Position numbers and translations under genes: made by a program. The notes under the pieces were generated by a model. That model did not search any database. It was not told the origin of the DNA and saw only the letters and a list, made by a program, of their open reading frames with translations. A stretch of DNA of 64,000 nucleotides from a virus: IMG/VR virus record IMGVR_UViG_3300026290_000001; one strand, given 5' to 3'. This document shows positions 8,898-19,060 of this stretch, piece by piece; the stretch's first letter is position 1, and each line of letters starts with the position of its first letter.

Positions 8898-9392
8898 ATG
8901 ACTAACGATCTATGTGTTGTTAATACTACAAATTTTTGGATTTACAATTTTGCTAGTAACCAGGAACATGCAGAAGAAGTATTGTCCAGAGCTATTGAGG
9001 CAAATAAAGAGGATATTAAAACATGGGGAAACCATTGTAAAAATTATCCTGATATTGGACAATTTAAGGTTTATCTGGAAGAAGCAAAAAATAAAAAATA
9101 TGAGATTATGCCTTATAGTGAATACATCAAACTAGAAAGGAATTACTATCTAAATAGGCCGTTAACTGAAATAACCGCAGAACGATATAACGAAATGCTA
9201 AATGTATTACCTCCTATAAAATGGTGTACTAAAAACAATGTTGAAATGTTTTGCATATCTGAAATGCTAACAGGAAATTATACATCTCAGTATATGCACA
9301 ACAAAACAACAGATAAATATTATCATAAAACAGTGGACATTACCGACCAGACAACATGGGGTTATAACTTTATAAAAAGAATGGAGGTTTAA
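8898..9392 (+). CDS. hypothetical protein
   Basis: Track ORF. Confidence 0.5.
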   Translation: MTNDLCVVNTTNFWIYNFASNQEHAEEVLSRAIEANKEDIKTWGNHCKNYPDIGQFKVYLEEAKNKKYEIMPYSEYIKLERNYYLNRPLTEITAERYNEMLNVLPPIKWCTKNNVEMFCISEMLTGNYTSQYMHNKTTDKYYHKTVDITDQTTWGYNFIKRMEV

Positions 9393-9396
9393 CAAT

Positions 9397-9777
9397 ATGA
9401 CACAAACACAAGAACAAATTAAAATAGGTGATTACAAAGACATAGCACAGCAAATTGGAGGCAATAAATTTCTAGCAATGACAGGCAGCAAATTCCAGTA
9501 TTATGGCTATGATGAGTTAGGTTATGTATACTTGATGATTAAGTTATCCAAAAACCAGTCTAAGGCTCAGTATTTAAAAATCCAGTTAAACGGATTAGAT
9601 TTATACGATCTAACCTTCAGCCAGATTAAAAAAACATTAACACCACTGGCAAAAGAATTAGGTATTAAAATCTATGATGAAGAAGTTATAACAGTTAAAG
9701 AATACAAAGACGTTTATGCCGATATGTTGCAAGACATTTTCACCTCAGTAACAGGAATGTACACAAGGTTATTCTAG
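9397..9777 (+). CDS. hypothetical protein
   Basis: Track ORF with GGAGGT SD. Confidence 0.5.
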   Translation: MTQTQEQIKIGDYKDIAQQIGGNKFLAMTGSKFQYYGYDELGYVYLMIKLSKNQSKAQYLKIQLNGLDLYDLTFSQIKKTLTPLAKELGIKIYDEEVITVKEYKDVYADMLQDIFTSVTGMYTRLF

Positions 9778-9857
9778 GTTAATATAGAGCAGTTTTAAGG
9801 TATCTGCTTTAACAAAAACCTTCATTTTTAAAATATAAATATTGGAGGTATAACAAT

Positions 9858-10163
9858 ATGAGTATAACAGTTATTAACTTATCACATCCAACAGAACAAT
9901 TAAAAACCATAACGGAAAACTGGAACGATTTACCGCAAGAATTACAGCAAATTATACTTGCAGCAGACTACTACACGCTTAAACCTCAATCCCTGCTAAT
10001 CTATAAAGATAGGCAATGTATTCTTGATTGTATGGTATCGATAGATATTTTTGAAAGTGGACAAGTGAATTGGAATAGAATAGTAATACAAAATTGCTAT
10101 AGTAAAGACGGGTTACTATATGATTATTCAGAGTGGTTTAAGACCTGGGAAGGTTTTATATAA
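9858..10163 (+). CDS. hypothetical protein
   Basis: Track ORF with GGAGGT SD. Confidence 0.5.
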   Translation: MSITVINLSHPTEQLKTITENWNDLPQELQQIILAADYYTLKPQSLLIYKDRQCILDCMVSIDIFESGQVNWNRIVIQNCYSKDGLLYDYSEWFKTWEGFI

Positions 10164-10177
10164 GGAGGCAATAACAA

Positions 10178-10372
10178 ATGAAATGGTATGTAACAATAGT
10201 ACCAATGCCAGATGACCAACTATATGTAGGTATAACCGAAGGTGACTATGGAACAGATATAACAATCAGTGAACACTACACGCAAGAACAAGCAGAATTA
10301 GCTTGTGAACAGTATTCCAGGGATCATAAAATTTCTATGTTTGGAGAATACAGGCAGGAGGTAAATAACTAA
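10178..10372 (+). CDS. hypothetical protein
   Basis: Track ORF with AAGGAGG SD. Confidence 0.45.
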   Translation: MKWYVTIVPMPDDQLYVGITEGDYGTDITISEHYTQEQAELACEQYSRDHKISMFGEYRQEVNN

Positions 10373-10539
10373 TGAATGAGGGATTGACAATATTCCTAGT
10401 GGTAGCAGGTTATTTTGTGGCAGGTTTTGCCTTGTTAGGTATATGTAGTTTAATCGTTGAATATACTTACTCACAATCAAAATATAATAATCAAAATAAA
10501 CAGGCTATAACCACTAACAAATTCAATAGAGTAGCATAA
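10372..10539 (+). CDS. small membrane protein (55 aa), not in track
   Basis: ATG overlapping upstream stop (TAATG); hydrophobic span LTIFLVVAGYFVAGFALLGICSLIV. Confidence 0.35.
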   Translation: MNEGLTIFLVVAGYFVAGFALLGICSLIVEYTYSQSKYNNQNKQAITTNKFNRVA

Positions 10540-10734
10540 GGAGGGACTAAACAAATGAAAATTATTTCAATTCAAGATCACCGCAACGATAAACGGCAAA
10601 AACAAGAATATGCTAGAAAACTATTGAAGAAGATTAACCAGGAACAGGACAGACGCAAGCAGCAAGGCCAACGATATTTGAATGAGCAGATACATAAAAT
10701 TGATATAACTATTTAAGAAAAATAAATTTAGTGC

Positions 10735-10763
10735 TTGCTTTCATATTGTGGGTATGATATACT
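10735..10763 (+). promoter_or_regulatory. sigma-A-type promoter (TTGCTT-17-TGaTATACT)
   Basis: Direct reading, extended -10. Confidence 0.45.
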
Positions 10764-10800
10764 AAGCACATAAAATAAAAACATTAAAGGAGTGCCGAGA

Positions 10801-11184
10801 ATGAGTTTTACAAAAGCAGAATTAAGAGATTACAGGGTGGAAATTGAACAGGCATTGCAAGGAATAGCGGAAAGACATAATATTAACATCAAGGCAGGGA
10901 ATATCAGTTATTCAGCGAATGACTTTAAACTAACACTAGAAGTTACACAAAAAGAAGTCAACGGCCTGTTATATGAACAAGCAGAATTTAACAAAGATTG
11001 TATACTTTACGGATTTAAACCAGAAGATTATAAAAAAGAATTCTCCATGAATGGCAAAACTTTTGCTATAACTGGTTTTAATCATAAGGCTCATAAAATG
11101 CCTATACTGGCAAAAGGGAACGATGGTAAGGGGTATAAATTCGCTTGTGATACAGTTAAAAGGTTAATAGGTGTAACAGCATAA
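10801..11184 (+). CDS. hypothetical protein
   Basis: Track ORF 10792 trimmed to ATG after AAGGAG SD. Confidence 0.5.
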   Translation: MSFTKAELRDYRVEIEQALQGIAERHNINIKAGNISYSANDFKLTLEVTQKEVNGLLYEQAEFNKDCILYGFKPEDYKKEFSMNGKTFAITGFNHKAHKMPILAKGNDGKGYKFACDTVKRLIGVTA

Positions 11185-11228
11185 CAACCAGACCAAATAA
11201 CTTTTTCATAAAGAAAGGAAGTGGAGAA

Positions 11229-11396
11229 ATGAAATGGTATATAATAAAGATTAGTAATAAAACCTATTATAAATATGGTGGAAACATAAGAGACAAACAA
11301 TTTGCCACAAAGTTTCCTGAAAGCGAATTACATATTGCTCAGAATGTAATAAAACAATTCAATTACAAAAATGCTAAGATAGAAGAAGTGGAATAA
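11229..11396 (+). CDS. small hypothetical protein (55 aa), not in track
   Basis: ATG after AAGGAAGTGGAG SD. Confidence 0.35.
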   Translation: MKWYIIKISNKTYYKYGGNIRDKQFATKFPESELHIAQNVIKQFNYKNAKIEEVE

Positions 11397-11437
11397 CAGA
11401 ACAGAATTCAGATTTTATCATAAGGAGGAATGACACA

Positions 11438-11662
11438 ATGCAGTATTTTGAAATATCGTATAGACGTACTTATCATTGGATAGATAAAAAATACGTAAAA
11501 ACTGAACTAGGTGTTACAGATGCAATTAGAAAAACGGGATTAAAAAAGACCATTACTGATGTGACAGAAATAACAGAAGAACAATACAAAGAATATAAAG
11601 CAAAACAAAAAGCATTAAAAGAAGCAAAAAAGGCAAGAGAAGCAGAAAACTTTATACAATAA
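11438..11662 (+). CDS. hypothetical protein
   Basis: Track ORF with AAGGAGG SD. Confidence 0.5.
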   Translation: MQYFEISYRRTYHWIDKKYVKTELGVTDAIRKTGLKKTITDVTEITEEQYKEYKAKQKALKEAKKAREAENFIQ

Positions 11663-11711
11663 TCAATTATCATAAAACTGACATTTTATTGAAAGTTGGG
11701 AGGTAAATAAA

Positions 11712-12098
11712 GTGAAATTAGAAAACTTAGAAAAAAGACTTCAAAAAGCAGAAGAAAATTTTGATAGATTATATAATGACGATAAAACTAGAAATATTAG
11801 TTTTGTTAGTGCTGGTTGCCTTAGTAATTCATCAAGAAAGAATTTAGATAATAACAGCAAACAGATGTTTAATGAAGCAAAAAAAATCGAATTATTAAAA
11901 TTGGCAATTAAAGTTATTAAAGAAGATCCTTTTACTCTTAGAGAAATAGATAAACTTCAAAGAGGTAGGGATAATATTATTAATGTGTATATAACTCCAG
12001 TGGGTATTATGGCAAAATTAATAAGGGATGAATTAAGTAAATTAGATAATAAATTTGCTATGAAAGCTAATATAAAAATTGACTTAGGAGAAGGGTAA
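11712..12098 (+). CDS. hypothetical protein
   Basis: Track ORF, GTG start after GGGAGGT SD. Confidence 0.5.
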   Translation: MKLENLEKRLQKAEENFDRLYNDDKTRNISFVSAGCLSNSSRKNLDNNSKQMFNEAKKIELLKLAIKVIKEDPFTLREIDKLQRGRDNIINVYITPVGIMAKLIRDELSKLDNKFAMKANIKIDLGEG

Positions 12099-12207
12099 AT
12101 TGTTGAATTAACAACCTAACACCAAATAGGTATTTGGTCGCTATTTTATGCCTTAAAAACGCCAATTTCTATGCATTTCATTTTTCTAAGTTTTTGTGAT
12201 TTTACTA

Positions 12208-12236
12208 TTGACAGCATGATTATTAACTGATAACAT
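12208..12236 (+). promoter_or_regulatory. sigma-A-type promoter (TTGACA-17-TAACAT)
   Basis: Direct reading. Confidence 0.45.
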
Positions 12237-12272
12237 TATTAATATAAAATTATTGAAAAGGAGTTGGATTAA

Positions 12273-12443
12273 ATGAATGAAACTTTAGAACAGTTCATAA
12301 GCCGGACAATGGCAGATCGGAAAACAAGAAGACAACAAGGAAGGGAACAAAAAGAAGAGCAATATAAAAAAGAAGATGAAGAACTGGAAGAGGTAATAAA
12401 GATGATAGATCAGGAAATAGAAAGGAAACAAAGAGGGGAATAA
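12273..12443 (+). CDS. small charged hypothetical protein (56 aa), not in track
   Basis: ATG after AAAGGAG SD; a perfect 8-bp hairpin AAGAGGGG/CCCCTCTT overlaps its stop. Confidence 0.35.
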   Translation: MNETLEQFISRTMADRKTRRQQGREQKEEQYKKEDEELEEVIKMIDQEIERKQRGE

Positions 12444-12469
12444 AAACCCCCTCTTAGGAGGTAAAAATT

Positions 12470-12682
12470 ATGACTTATAAAATTAGAGCAGAACTTAAAA
12501 AGCATTTCCCGAATCTAAAATTTAAGGTGAGAAATATTTGTCCTTCATGGTATGAAATTGATTTTGGTAGTCCAGTGGGAAGTATTGAACAGGCTGAAAA
12601 ATGGTTAGATACTAAAGAAGAAATTCATAATAGGATGTTTGACTTTTGTACAAAGAATCAAGTCTTTTTATCAATAGGATAA
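12470..12682 (+). CDS. hypothetical protein
   Basis: Track ORF with TAGGAGGT SD. Confidence 0.5.
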   Translation: MTYKIRAELKKHFPNLKFKVRNICPSWYEIDFGSPVGSIEQAEKWLDTKEEIHNRMFDFCTKNQVFLSIG

Positions 12683-12965
12683 TAGATTAACAAAATAAGG
12701 GAAAGGTGATAGTATGCAAGAAATGAAACGTAAAGATATTCTAATAGTAATTGATCAGTTAAATCCTTTGCCATTATATAACAATAGTTTTGAAGTAGTT
12801 TATAGACAAAATATAACATAAATAAAAGGAGGTATAACAGCATGAAACAATTAACACCAGAACAATTAATAATTCTATTCCTAGAAAAAAGAAGTGGTAA
12901 ACGGCAATTAAAAATTGTAGTAAAATAATAATAAAATAATAATAATAAAAGGAGTGAATAAACAG

Positions 12966-13286
12966 ATGGAAACCGTAACAATAAATTCAGAAAAAATTAA
13001 ACAAGCAATAAATAATTATATGCAGGATTACATACTGGAAGTGTTTGAATTTTTTATTGGAGAGCCTTTATATAACTATGCAAAAATGCTTTATAATACC
13101 AATATCATAGTGTTTGATTTAGATAAATTTGAAAAATTATTTGAATATGGGGATGATTATAAAGATTATATTGGATTGAGTTTAAAAGATTCTATTATTA
13201 AAAAATATAATCCAGTATTAGCATTATTTATTGAAGAAATAGTATGTCATAATCAGTTTATGATGATAGGAATTATAACGGAATAA
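12966..13286 (+). CDS. hypothetical protein
   Basis: Track ORF 12954 trimmed to ATG after AAGGAGTG SD. Confidence 0.5.
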   Translation: METVTINSEKIKQAINNYMQDYILEVFEFFIGEPLYNYAKMLYNTNIIVFDLDKFEKLFEYGDDYKDYIGLSLKDSIIKKYNPVLALFIEEIVCHNQFMMIGIITE

Positions 13287-13362
13287 AACTTGGGATTGGT
13301 AAAAAGTAAGTAGTGATTAGACAATAACAGTAGTTATAATATAATAAGGATGGTGAAAGAAA

Positions 13363-13632
13363 ATGATCAATAAAACATATAATCAAGCTGAAATATTAGA
13401 ATTAATAAACCAGTATAACAGCACAGACCGGAAGCTAATAAAGTTAAATTACAAGCGCATACTAAATGATTTTAACATTATGCCTAAACAAATAATGGAG
13501 TTAGGTTACGCAAAAAACAACACATACAGTTGGTCAACAAAAAGTAGTCCTAATATCCCGATGCTAGATCAGGCTCTTACAATTGCTTGTGCGTTTAATT
13601 TTGATGTGAGAGAATTTGTAAAAGAAATATGA
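13363..13632 (+). CDS. hypothetical protein, possible HTH DNA-binding
   Basis: Track ORF; helix-turn-helix-like segment is a weak by-eye impression. Confidence 0.35.
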   Translation: MINKTYNQAEILELINQYNSTDRKLIKLNYKRILNDFNIMPKQIMELGYAKNNTYSWSTKSSPNIPMLDQALTIACAFNFDVREFVKEI

Positions 13633-13640
13633 TTATCATG

Positions 13641-13669
13641 TTGACAACATAGTTAAGTTGGTCTATAAT
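13641..13669 (+). promoter_or_regulatory. sigma-A-type promoter (TTGACA-17-TATAAT)
   Basis: Direct reading, perfect consensus hexamers. Confidence 0.6.
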
Positions 13670-13702
13670 TATATTAATAAAATAATTATAGGAGGTTACA
13701 CC

Positions 13703-13909
13703 ATGATTGAAAAACTTAGAAACTTAGACAAAGAGGAATCAACTAAACTATTAAGCACTTTAACCGTTAAAGCACTTAAAGAGTTAGCAAAGGAAGCAGG
13801 GATTAGCGTGGCAGGTAGCAAAGATACAATTATTGGTCAGATAGTTAACCATTTTGGATTTAAACGCCTTAATGAAGCAATGAGAAGAAGACCAGCAATG
13901 CAAAGATAG
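13703..13909 (+). CDS. hypothetical protein with SAP/Rho-N-like motif
   Basis: LSTLTVKALKELAKEAGISVAGSKDTIIGQIV resembles the SAP / Rho_N helix-loop-helix pattern; track ORF 13658 trimmed. Confidence 0.4.
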   Translation: MIEKLRNLDKEESTKLLSTLTVKALKELAKEAGISVAGSKDTIIGQIVNHFGFKRLNEAMRRRPAMQR

Positions 13910-13923
13910 AGAGGTATTTTTTA

Positions 13924-14121
13924 ATGTTAAAAACTGAAACTATTAAATATGCAAATGGTAGAGAAACAATAGTAATAAGGGAAACATTAACAAAGGGTAG
14001 AAAATTATTGATAGCTAAAGGATACGCACAATGTCCAAATCCAATGTTTTACCAAAAAGATAATAGTATTATTCATTACAATAAAACTATGAAAGTTTGG
14101 ATAGTTGAAGAAAGTAAATAA
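13924..14121 (+). CDS. hypothetical protein
   Basis: Track ORF. Confidence 0.45.
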   Translation: MLKTETIKYANGRETIVIRETLTKGRKLLIAKGYAQCPNPMFYQKDNSIIHYNKTMKVWIVEESK

Positions 14122-14222
14122 CAATATGAAAGGTGATATTTCACCATAAAAGTATAATTTAGTTATATGAAAAAAACAGATTATATTGATTAAAAAAGGA
14201 ATATAAAAATATATAAAATAGT

Positions 14223-14252
14223 TTGCAATTCATGTAGCCAGTATGATATAAT
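14223..14252 (+). promoter_or_regulatory. sigma-A-type promoter (TTGCAA-18-TGaTATAAT)
   Basis: Direct reading, extended -10. Confidence 0.5.
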
Positions 14253-14330
14253 AAATTATAACCTAAGTTAAGTCAAAACAGGAAAACAAAGGTGAAAATT
14301 AAATGGTAAAAAGAAAGGAATGATTTAAAA

Positions 14331-15065
14331 ATGGCAGAGAAAAAGGTATTATGGTTAACAGGAGAAAAGAGTCCTTACACTAATCAATACGAAGGTGCAT
14401 TAATTAATGCTGGAGAAACATATGAAGCAGTAAATACCTATGATTATCCTATTAGAGTTTGGACGAATATTTCTGGAGATAAGGCGGAAAGTTTTAAAAT
14501 CCCTGATAAAATTAAATGGGATGATGAAGAATTTGATGCTTTTAAGGAATTAATGAATTATGATATCAATGAAACAGAAAAATTTCTTGATTTTTTAACT
14601 GGATCAGAAGGTGAAGAAATTGTAAATGAAATGTATGCTATATCTAATATATTAGTTTTTGATTATGAAAACCAAGAGTTTGACAACATTGACAATTGGA
14701 TAACAGTTAAATGTTATGATTATGTTTGCAACAGTAACTTAAAAACTATTACATTAGATACTGATAACAATTATGGTTATAATGAAGAATATGAACTTGA
14801 AATAATAGACACATACAATCTTGATTATTTAGAACGGAACAATACTAATTTTGAATATGGTGGTATGGGCAATCATGCATTACTACACAAAGTTATTATT
14901 GATGGAGATAAAGATGATAATAGGATATTATGGCATGAGTGGTCGCAATGGCAGGGATCAGAATTGGATTCTGGATGTTTAATGAGTGTTGAAGATGTTT
15001 TGGAAAGGTTAGAAAACCATCCTGAATTAGAAGAAATTAAAGAGTGGTTAGGGGTTATAGAATAA
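14331..15065 (+). CDS. highly acidic hypothetical protein
   Basis: Track ORF; strongly D/E-rich throughout. Confidence 0.55.
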   Translation: MAEKKVLWLTGEKSPYTNQYEGALINAGETYEAVNTYDYPIRVWTNISGDKAESFKIPDKIKWDDEEFDAFKELMNYDINETEKFLDFLTGSEGEEIVNEMYAISNILVFDYENQEFDNIDNWITVKCYDYVCNSNLKTITLDTDNNYGYNEEYELEIIDTYNLDYLERNNTNFEYGGMGNHALLHKVIIDGDKDDNRILWHEWSQWQGSELDSGCLMSVEDVLERLENHPELEEIKEWLGVIE

Positions 15066-15093
15066 TCAAAAGTATTAAAAAGGAGGAATTTAA

Positions 15094-15282
15094 ATGAAGG
15101 TTGTAAAGGTTAAATTAACTAGAACTATGATAAAGATCTATGAATTAAATCCAGAATATTATCCAGAAGGATTAACATATGAACAAATGATAGAGATGGA
15201 CATAAATCCAGATAACAGAGAAATGCTTTTTGAAAATGATTTAATATCAGACGAAGTTGCTTGGGAATTAATAGATGAATAA
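15094..15282 (+). CDS. small acidic hypothetical protein
   Basis: Track ORF with AAGGAGGA SD. Confidence 0.45.
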   Translation: MKVVKVKLTRTMIKIYELNPEYYPEGLTYEQMIEMDINPDNREMLFENDLISDEVAWELIDE

Positions 15283-15297
15283 AATTAATATTTATTA

Positions 15298-15326
15298 TTG
15301 ACAACACGAAACACATATATTATAAT
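15298..15326 (+). promoter_or_regulatory. sigma-A-type promoter (TTGACA-17-TATAAT)
   Basis: Direct reading, perfect consensus hexamers. Confidence 0.6.
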
Positions 15327-15363
15327 AGTAATATAAAAATAAAACATAAAGGAGTTGCATAAA

Positions 15364-15537
15364 ATGAACGAACAAAACATTTACCAAGAAAACGGTTACA
15401 AAGATCGTCAGGACTATTTAGAGTGTATAGCATTAGATTATGGAGTACCACTTGAAGTAGTTATAAGTCTCGCAGAAGTTTTAGGAGAAAATGAGGATTG
15501 GGATGGGTTAGTTTTTGCGGAAGGAATGTTTGAATAG
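15364..15537 (+). CDS. small acidic hypothetical protein
   Basis: Track ORF 15355 trimmed to ATG after AAGGAG SD. Confidence 0.4.
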   Translation: MNEQNIYQENGYKDRQDYLECIALDYGVPLEVVISLAEVLGENEDWDGLVFAEGMFE

Positions 15538-15602
15538 GTGAAAATAAGGGGAGGGGGATAGTCCCTTCCCTTAAAACAAAAATATAAAGGAGAGATATAT
15601 TA

Positions 15603-16754
15603 ATGAATATTAATGTTAATCAAAAAGATTTAAAAGAAGGTATTGAAAAAGTTGAAAGGTTGTTTCATAGAAATTCTACAAATATTCCCGTATTAGATAC
15701 TATTATGTTAACGGCTGAAACAAATGGAATAATCTTAACGGTAAATAATTTAATCTCATCATTAATTGTAGATGTTGATGGAGAAGTTATTGAACCAGGG
15801 AATATACTTATTGACAAAAGCAATTTTAAACTAATTAAAAAATTATCTGGTGTTTTGAATATAACAGATGAAGTTGAAAGTATTACAGAAGAATTAAAAG
15901 AGTATACTGTAACAATTAAAGCAAATAGAAATCTTAAATTTAATTCACTTAACCCAGATGGGTTTCCTGAAGTAGAAACGGGTATTAATGAAGAAGCATT
16001 TATTATGCCTGAGAATGTTTTTAAAGATAAACTCAAAATAAAAGCATTCGTTGCTAAAAATCATTTTAGACAAGTGTTTAATAATATACTAATATCTGCT
16101 AAAAATGATATGGTAGCATGTAATACTCATTATTTAGCAAAGTATAAAATGAATGTAGAAAATAAATGTGAAAAAGATATGATTATTCCAGTTCAATCTG
16201 TAGAAGAATTAAATAAAATTCTTGATAATAAAAGTACAAATGATTTGCAGTTTTTCTATAATATTACAAGCAATGATGAACCAGAATATTTAAAAATAGT
16301 AGGTAAAGGATTTATATATATAACAAGATTGATTGAAGGTATTTATCCCGATTATGAACAAGTTATACCACAATCTTTTTGCACTACTTTAAACATAGAA
16401 AATAAAAAATTACAAGACAGTTTGGAGTTTGTTTTAGAGATTGTAAAAGACAATAAAAGTAAACCTATAGTTTTTAGTATAACAGATCAATTTAAAGTTT
16501 ATACAATAGAAGATGATAAAAATATGAGTGAAATTATTTTTGGTGATGCAACAGGAGAAGAATTAATAGTAAGTTTTAACGCTGGATATGTAAACGATAT
16601 ATTAAAAACAATTCCTGAAGATAAAATTAGTGTAAAATTTTCAGGACAAAAATCTCCTGCTATGTTTCAAGGAGAAGATAATAATAATGATGAAATATAT
16701 GTGCTAGTACCTCTAAGATTGAAAGAATTTGAATATGAAGATATCGCGGTATAG
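15603..16754 (+). CDS. DNA polymerase III beta sliding-clamp-like protein
   Basis: N-terminus PVLDTIMLTAETNGIILTVNNLISSLIVDVDGEVIEPGNILIDKSNFKLIKKL follows the DnaN pattern; length about 380 aa fits a three-domain clamp. Confidence 0.5.
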   Translation: MNINVNQKDLKEGIEKVERLFHRNSTNIPVLDTIMLTAETNGIILTVNNLISSLIVDVDGEVIEPGNILIDKSNFKLIKKLSGVLNITDEVESITEELKEYTVTIKANRNLKFNSLNPDGFPEVETGINEEAFIMPENVFKDKLKIKAFVAKNHFRQVFNNILISAKNDMVACNTHYLAKYKMNVENKCEKDMIIPVQSVEELNKILDNKSTNDLQFFYNITSNDEPEYLKIVGKGFIYITRLIEGIYPDYEQVIPQSFCTTLNIENKKLQDSLEFVLEIVKDNKSKPIVFSITDQFKVYTIEDDKNMSEIIFGDATGEELIVSFNAGYVNDILKTIPEDKISVKFSGQKSPAMFQGEDNNNDEIYVLVPLRLKEFEYEDIAV

Positions 16755-16797
16755 GGAATAATCCCTATACCTATAACAGCAAGAGGGGGAAATTCTA

Positions 16798-17136
16798 ATG
16801 GACGAATGGATGAAAAATTGTAGGTATTGCAGATTCTTTAAAGAAGATTATTGCACCAGGGAAGTTTTTAAAATTGATCTTGATAATAACATTGAACAAA
16901 TTATTGATGATGGATTGATTGAAGAAGCAATTCGAGAAGGGTTCTCAGAGAAGATATTTGACAGTGTAAGTAAAAAGAAACAAGGAGAATTTGCAGAAGA
17001 ATTTGAACAAGCAAAAATGAATTGGGTAGAAGAAATAAGTGAACAGGTGGCTGTGATGTTAAGGAATAATTTCAGTTTTGAATATGGGGTAATACCGAAG
17101 AACAGTAGAGAATTTTATTGTAGTAAGTGGGATTAA
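16798..17136 (+). CDS. hypothetical protein
   Basis: Track ORF. Confidence 0.5.
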   Translation: MDEWMKNCRYCRFFKEDYCTREVFKIDLDNNIEQIIDDGLIEEAIREGFSEKIFDSVSKKKQGEFAEEFEQAKMNWVEEISEQVAVMLRNNFSFEYGVIPKNSREFYCSKWD

Positions 17137-17164
17137 ATATATAATAACAGGGAGGTAATAACAA

Positions 17165-17359
17165 ATGCGTAAATGTGAAATTTGTGGAGAACTCTTTGAT
17201 GAACAGTTTATAACTCAATATGAACGTGATGAAGATAAAGGGAATAATTATATAAAACACAACGTAATCCATGTGTGTATAGATTGTGATCATCCAGAAT
17301 GGGACGATGAAACAAATGATTATTATATGATTATTAATGGTGTTAAATGGATTAATTAA
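17165..17359 (+). CDS. small zinc-ribbon-like protein
   Basis: CEICG ... CIDCDH cysteine pairs. Confidence 0.45.
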   Translation: MRKCEICGELFDEQFITQYERDEDKGNNYIKHNVIHVCIDCDHPEWDDETNDYYMIINGVKWIN

Positions 17360-17560
17360 GGAGGTTAACAGATGACAAATGAACAACAAAGGTTAGCGGA
17401 AGGATTATACTATCAACTTAATGAAATATCTAAACAAGTAGAAGGAGAAGATTTACCATACTGGATTAAAAACTATATTGTTGGATATTTTTCACTTGAA
17501 GTATTTAAAGAATAATAAAACCAAAACGATATTTGGTAATAACAGGAAGGAGAATTTATT

Positions 17561-17926
17561 ATGAAAGAAGTTTTAGTGGGTGGATACAATTTTTCAGGGT
17601 ACATTATTAGAACAGATTTCAAATATAACGAAGAAGTAAGAGAAGGTATTGCCGATGCAATTTCTTATACAAAAGCGAAAGTATTAAATAATATTGATTT
17701 AAATTTATTATCTCTAAGATTATTCAATAAAATTATCGATGAATATTCAGATGAAAATCTTCTACAATATGCAAAGAGTTTATTTAAAAATGTTGACGAT
17801 ATTACTTTAGATATGTTAAACATTGAAATGATTGTACATGATTATGCAAGAGATATTTCTATTAGATATATCCGAAGTTTGCAAGAGAAGTTTGGCCAAC
17901 ATATGAAAGAATTAGAATCGTTATAA
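17561..17926 (+). CDS. hypothetical protein
   Basis: Track ORF with AAGGAGAA SD. Confidence 0.5.
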   Translation: MKEVLVGGYNFSGYIIRTDFKYNEEVREGIADAISYTKAKVLNNIDLNLLSLRLFNKIIDEYSDENLLQYAKSLFKNVDDITLDMLNIEMIVHDYARDISIRYIRSLQEKFGQHMKELESL

Positions 17927-17960
17927 AATGCAAGTTTGATTAAAAAGGAGGAAAATATCA

Positions 17961-18182
17961 ATGAAAGAAATACCAGATTGTAAACTATGTAAATTAAAAT
18001 GTCACGGATGTTCTGGTTATCATACTTGTTTAATGAGACAAGAAATTAATGGACATAGAATAACAGATTGTAAACTGATGGCAAGTAAATATTATTTATG
18101 GGATAAATACTTAGATACTTATAATATGAATTTATGTAAGTATCAAGATGAGTGTCGAAGTGCAGTTGAGGCATGGTTATAG
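17961..18182 (+). CDS. small Cys-rich protein
   Basis: CKLCKLKCHGCSGYHTC. Confidence 0.45.
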   Translation: MKEIPDCKLCKLKCHGCSGYHTCLMRQEINGHRITDCKLMASKYYLWDKYLDTYNMNLCKYQDECRSAVEAWL

Positions 18183-18207
18183 TTGCTATACCGAAAGGAA
18201 ACATAAT

Positions 18208-18351
18208 ATGAATATAAAAGAATTAAAATCACCTTATGAAATTTATCCTTTTGAAAATATGACTAAATGGGATAAATTTAAATTATGGTTAAGGGCAGAT
18301 GTGCCATATTTCTTTATGAATTTGTGGTGGAAGGTTACTAAGAAGTATTGA
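18208..18351 (+). CDS. hypothetical protein
   Basis: Track ORF 18148 trimmed to ATG after AAAGGAAA SD. Confidence 0.4.
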   Translation: MNIKELKSPYEIYPFENMTKWDKFKLWLRADVPYFFMNLWWKVTKKY

Positions 18352-18572
18352 GATGAATAATAATTATGAAATATAAATGTCCATATTGCAAAACCATACA
18401 TAATAAAGACCAATGGGAAAGTAATTCAAGATGGGAACAGGAATGGAACAAAGAAAAAGCTAATATGAGTGCTAGCAATAAGAATAAACCTGTTCGATGT
18501 CCTAAGTGTAATACAAGAGTATTGATTGGTGAGTTAATATAGAAGACATATATAATAAGGAGTTGATTTTTA

Positions 18573-19022
18573 ATGGGAGATTCAAATAGATTTATAATAT
18601 TTGCCGATTTTATTCAAAAACATTTTAATAATTGTGAAAAAATATTAGATGTGGCTGGCGGTCAAGGTGGATTAACATATGAATTAATCAAAAGAGGTTA
18701 TCAGGTAACAGTTATTGATCCAAAAATTAAAATTAAAAACAATAATGTAAGTAAAATAAAAAAGTATTATAATGATGAAATAGATATATCTGATTATGAT
18801 TTAATTGTTGGATTACATCCAGATGGAGCAACAGAATATATAGTTAAAAATGCTATTCAAAATAATAAGAGATTTGCCGTTATTCCTTGCTGTGTATTTC
18901 CGATAAATAAAAAATTAAAATTTAATTATCATCAATGGATTAATCATCTTCAACAATATAGTCCTAATATAAATAGATGGCAATTATATATGCAAGGGTG
19001 TAATATTGTATTATATAATTAA
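18573..19022 (+). CDS. class I SAM-dependent methyltransferase-like protein, substrate unknown
   Basis: ILDVAGGQGGLTYELIKRGYQVTVIDP matches the Rossmann motif I (hh(D/E)hGxGxG) with downstream acidic residue. Confidence 0.45.
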   Translation: MGDSNRFIIFADFIQKHFNNCEKILDVAGGQGGLTYELIKRGYQVTVIDPKIKIKNNNVSKIKKYYNDEIDISDYDLIVGLHPDGATEYIVKNAIQNNKRFAVIPCCVFPINKKLKFNYHQWINHLQQYSPNINRWQLYMQGCNIVLYN

Positions 19023-19060
19023 ATGATGATAAAAGAGAGATTTTATTATAAATAAAGGAA

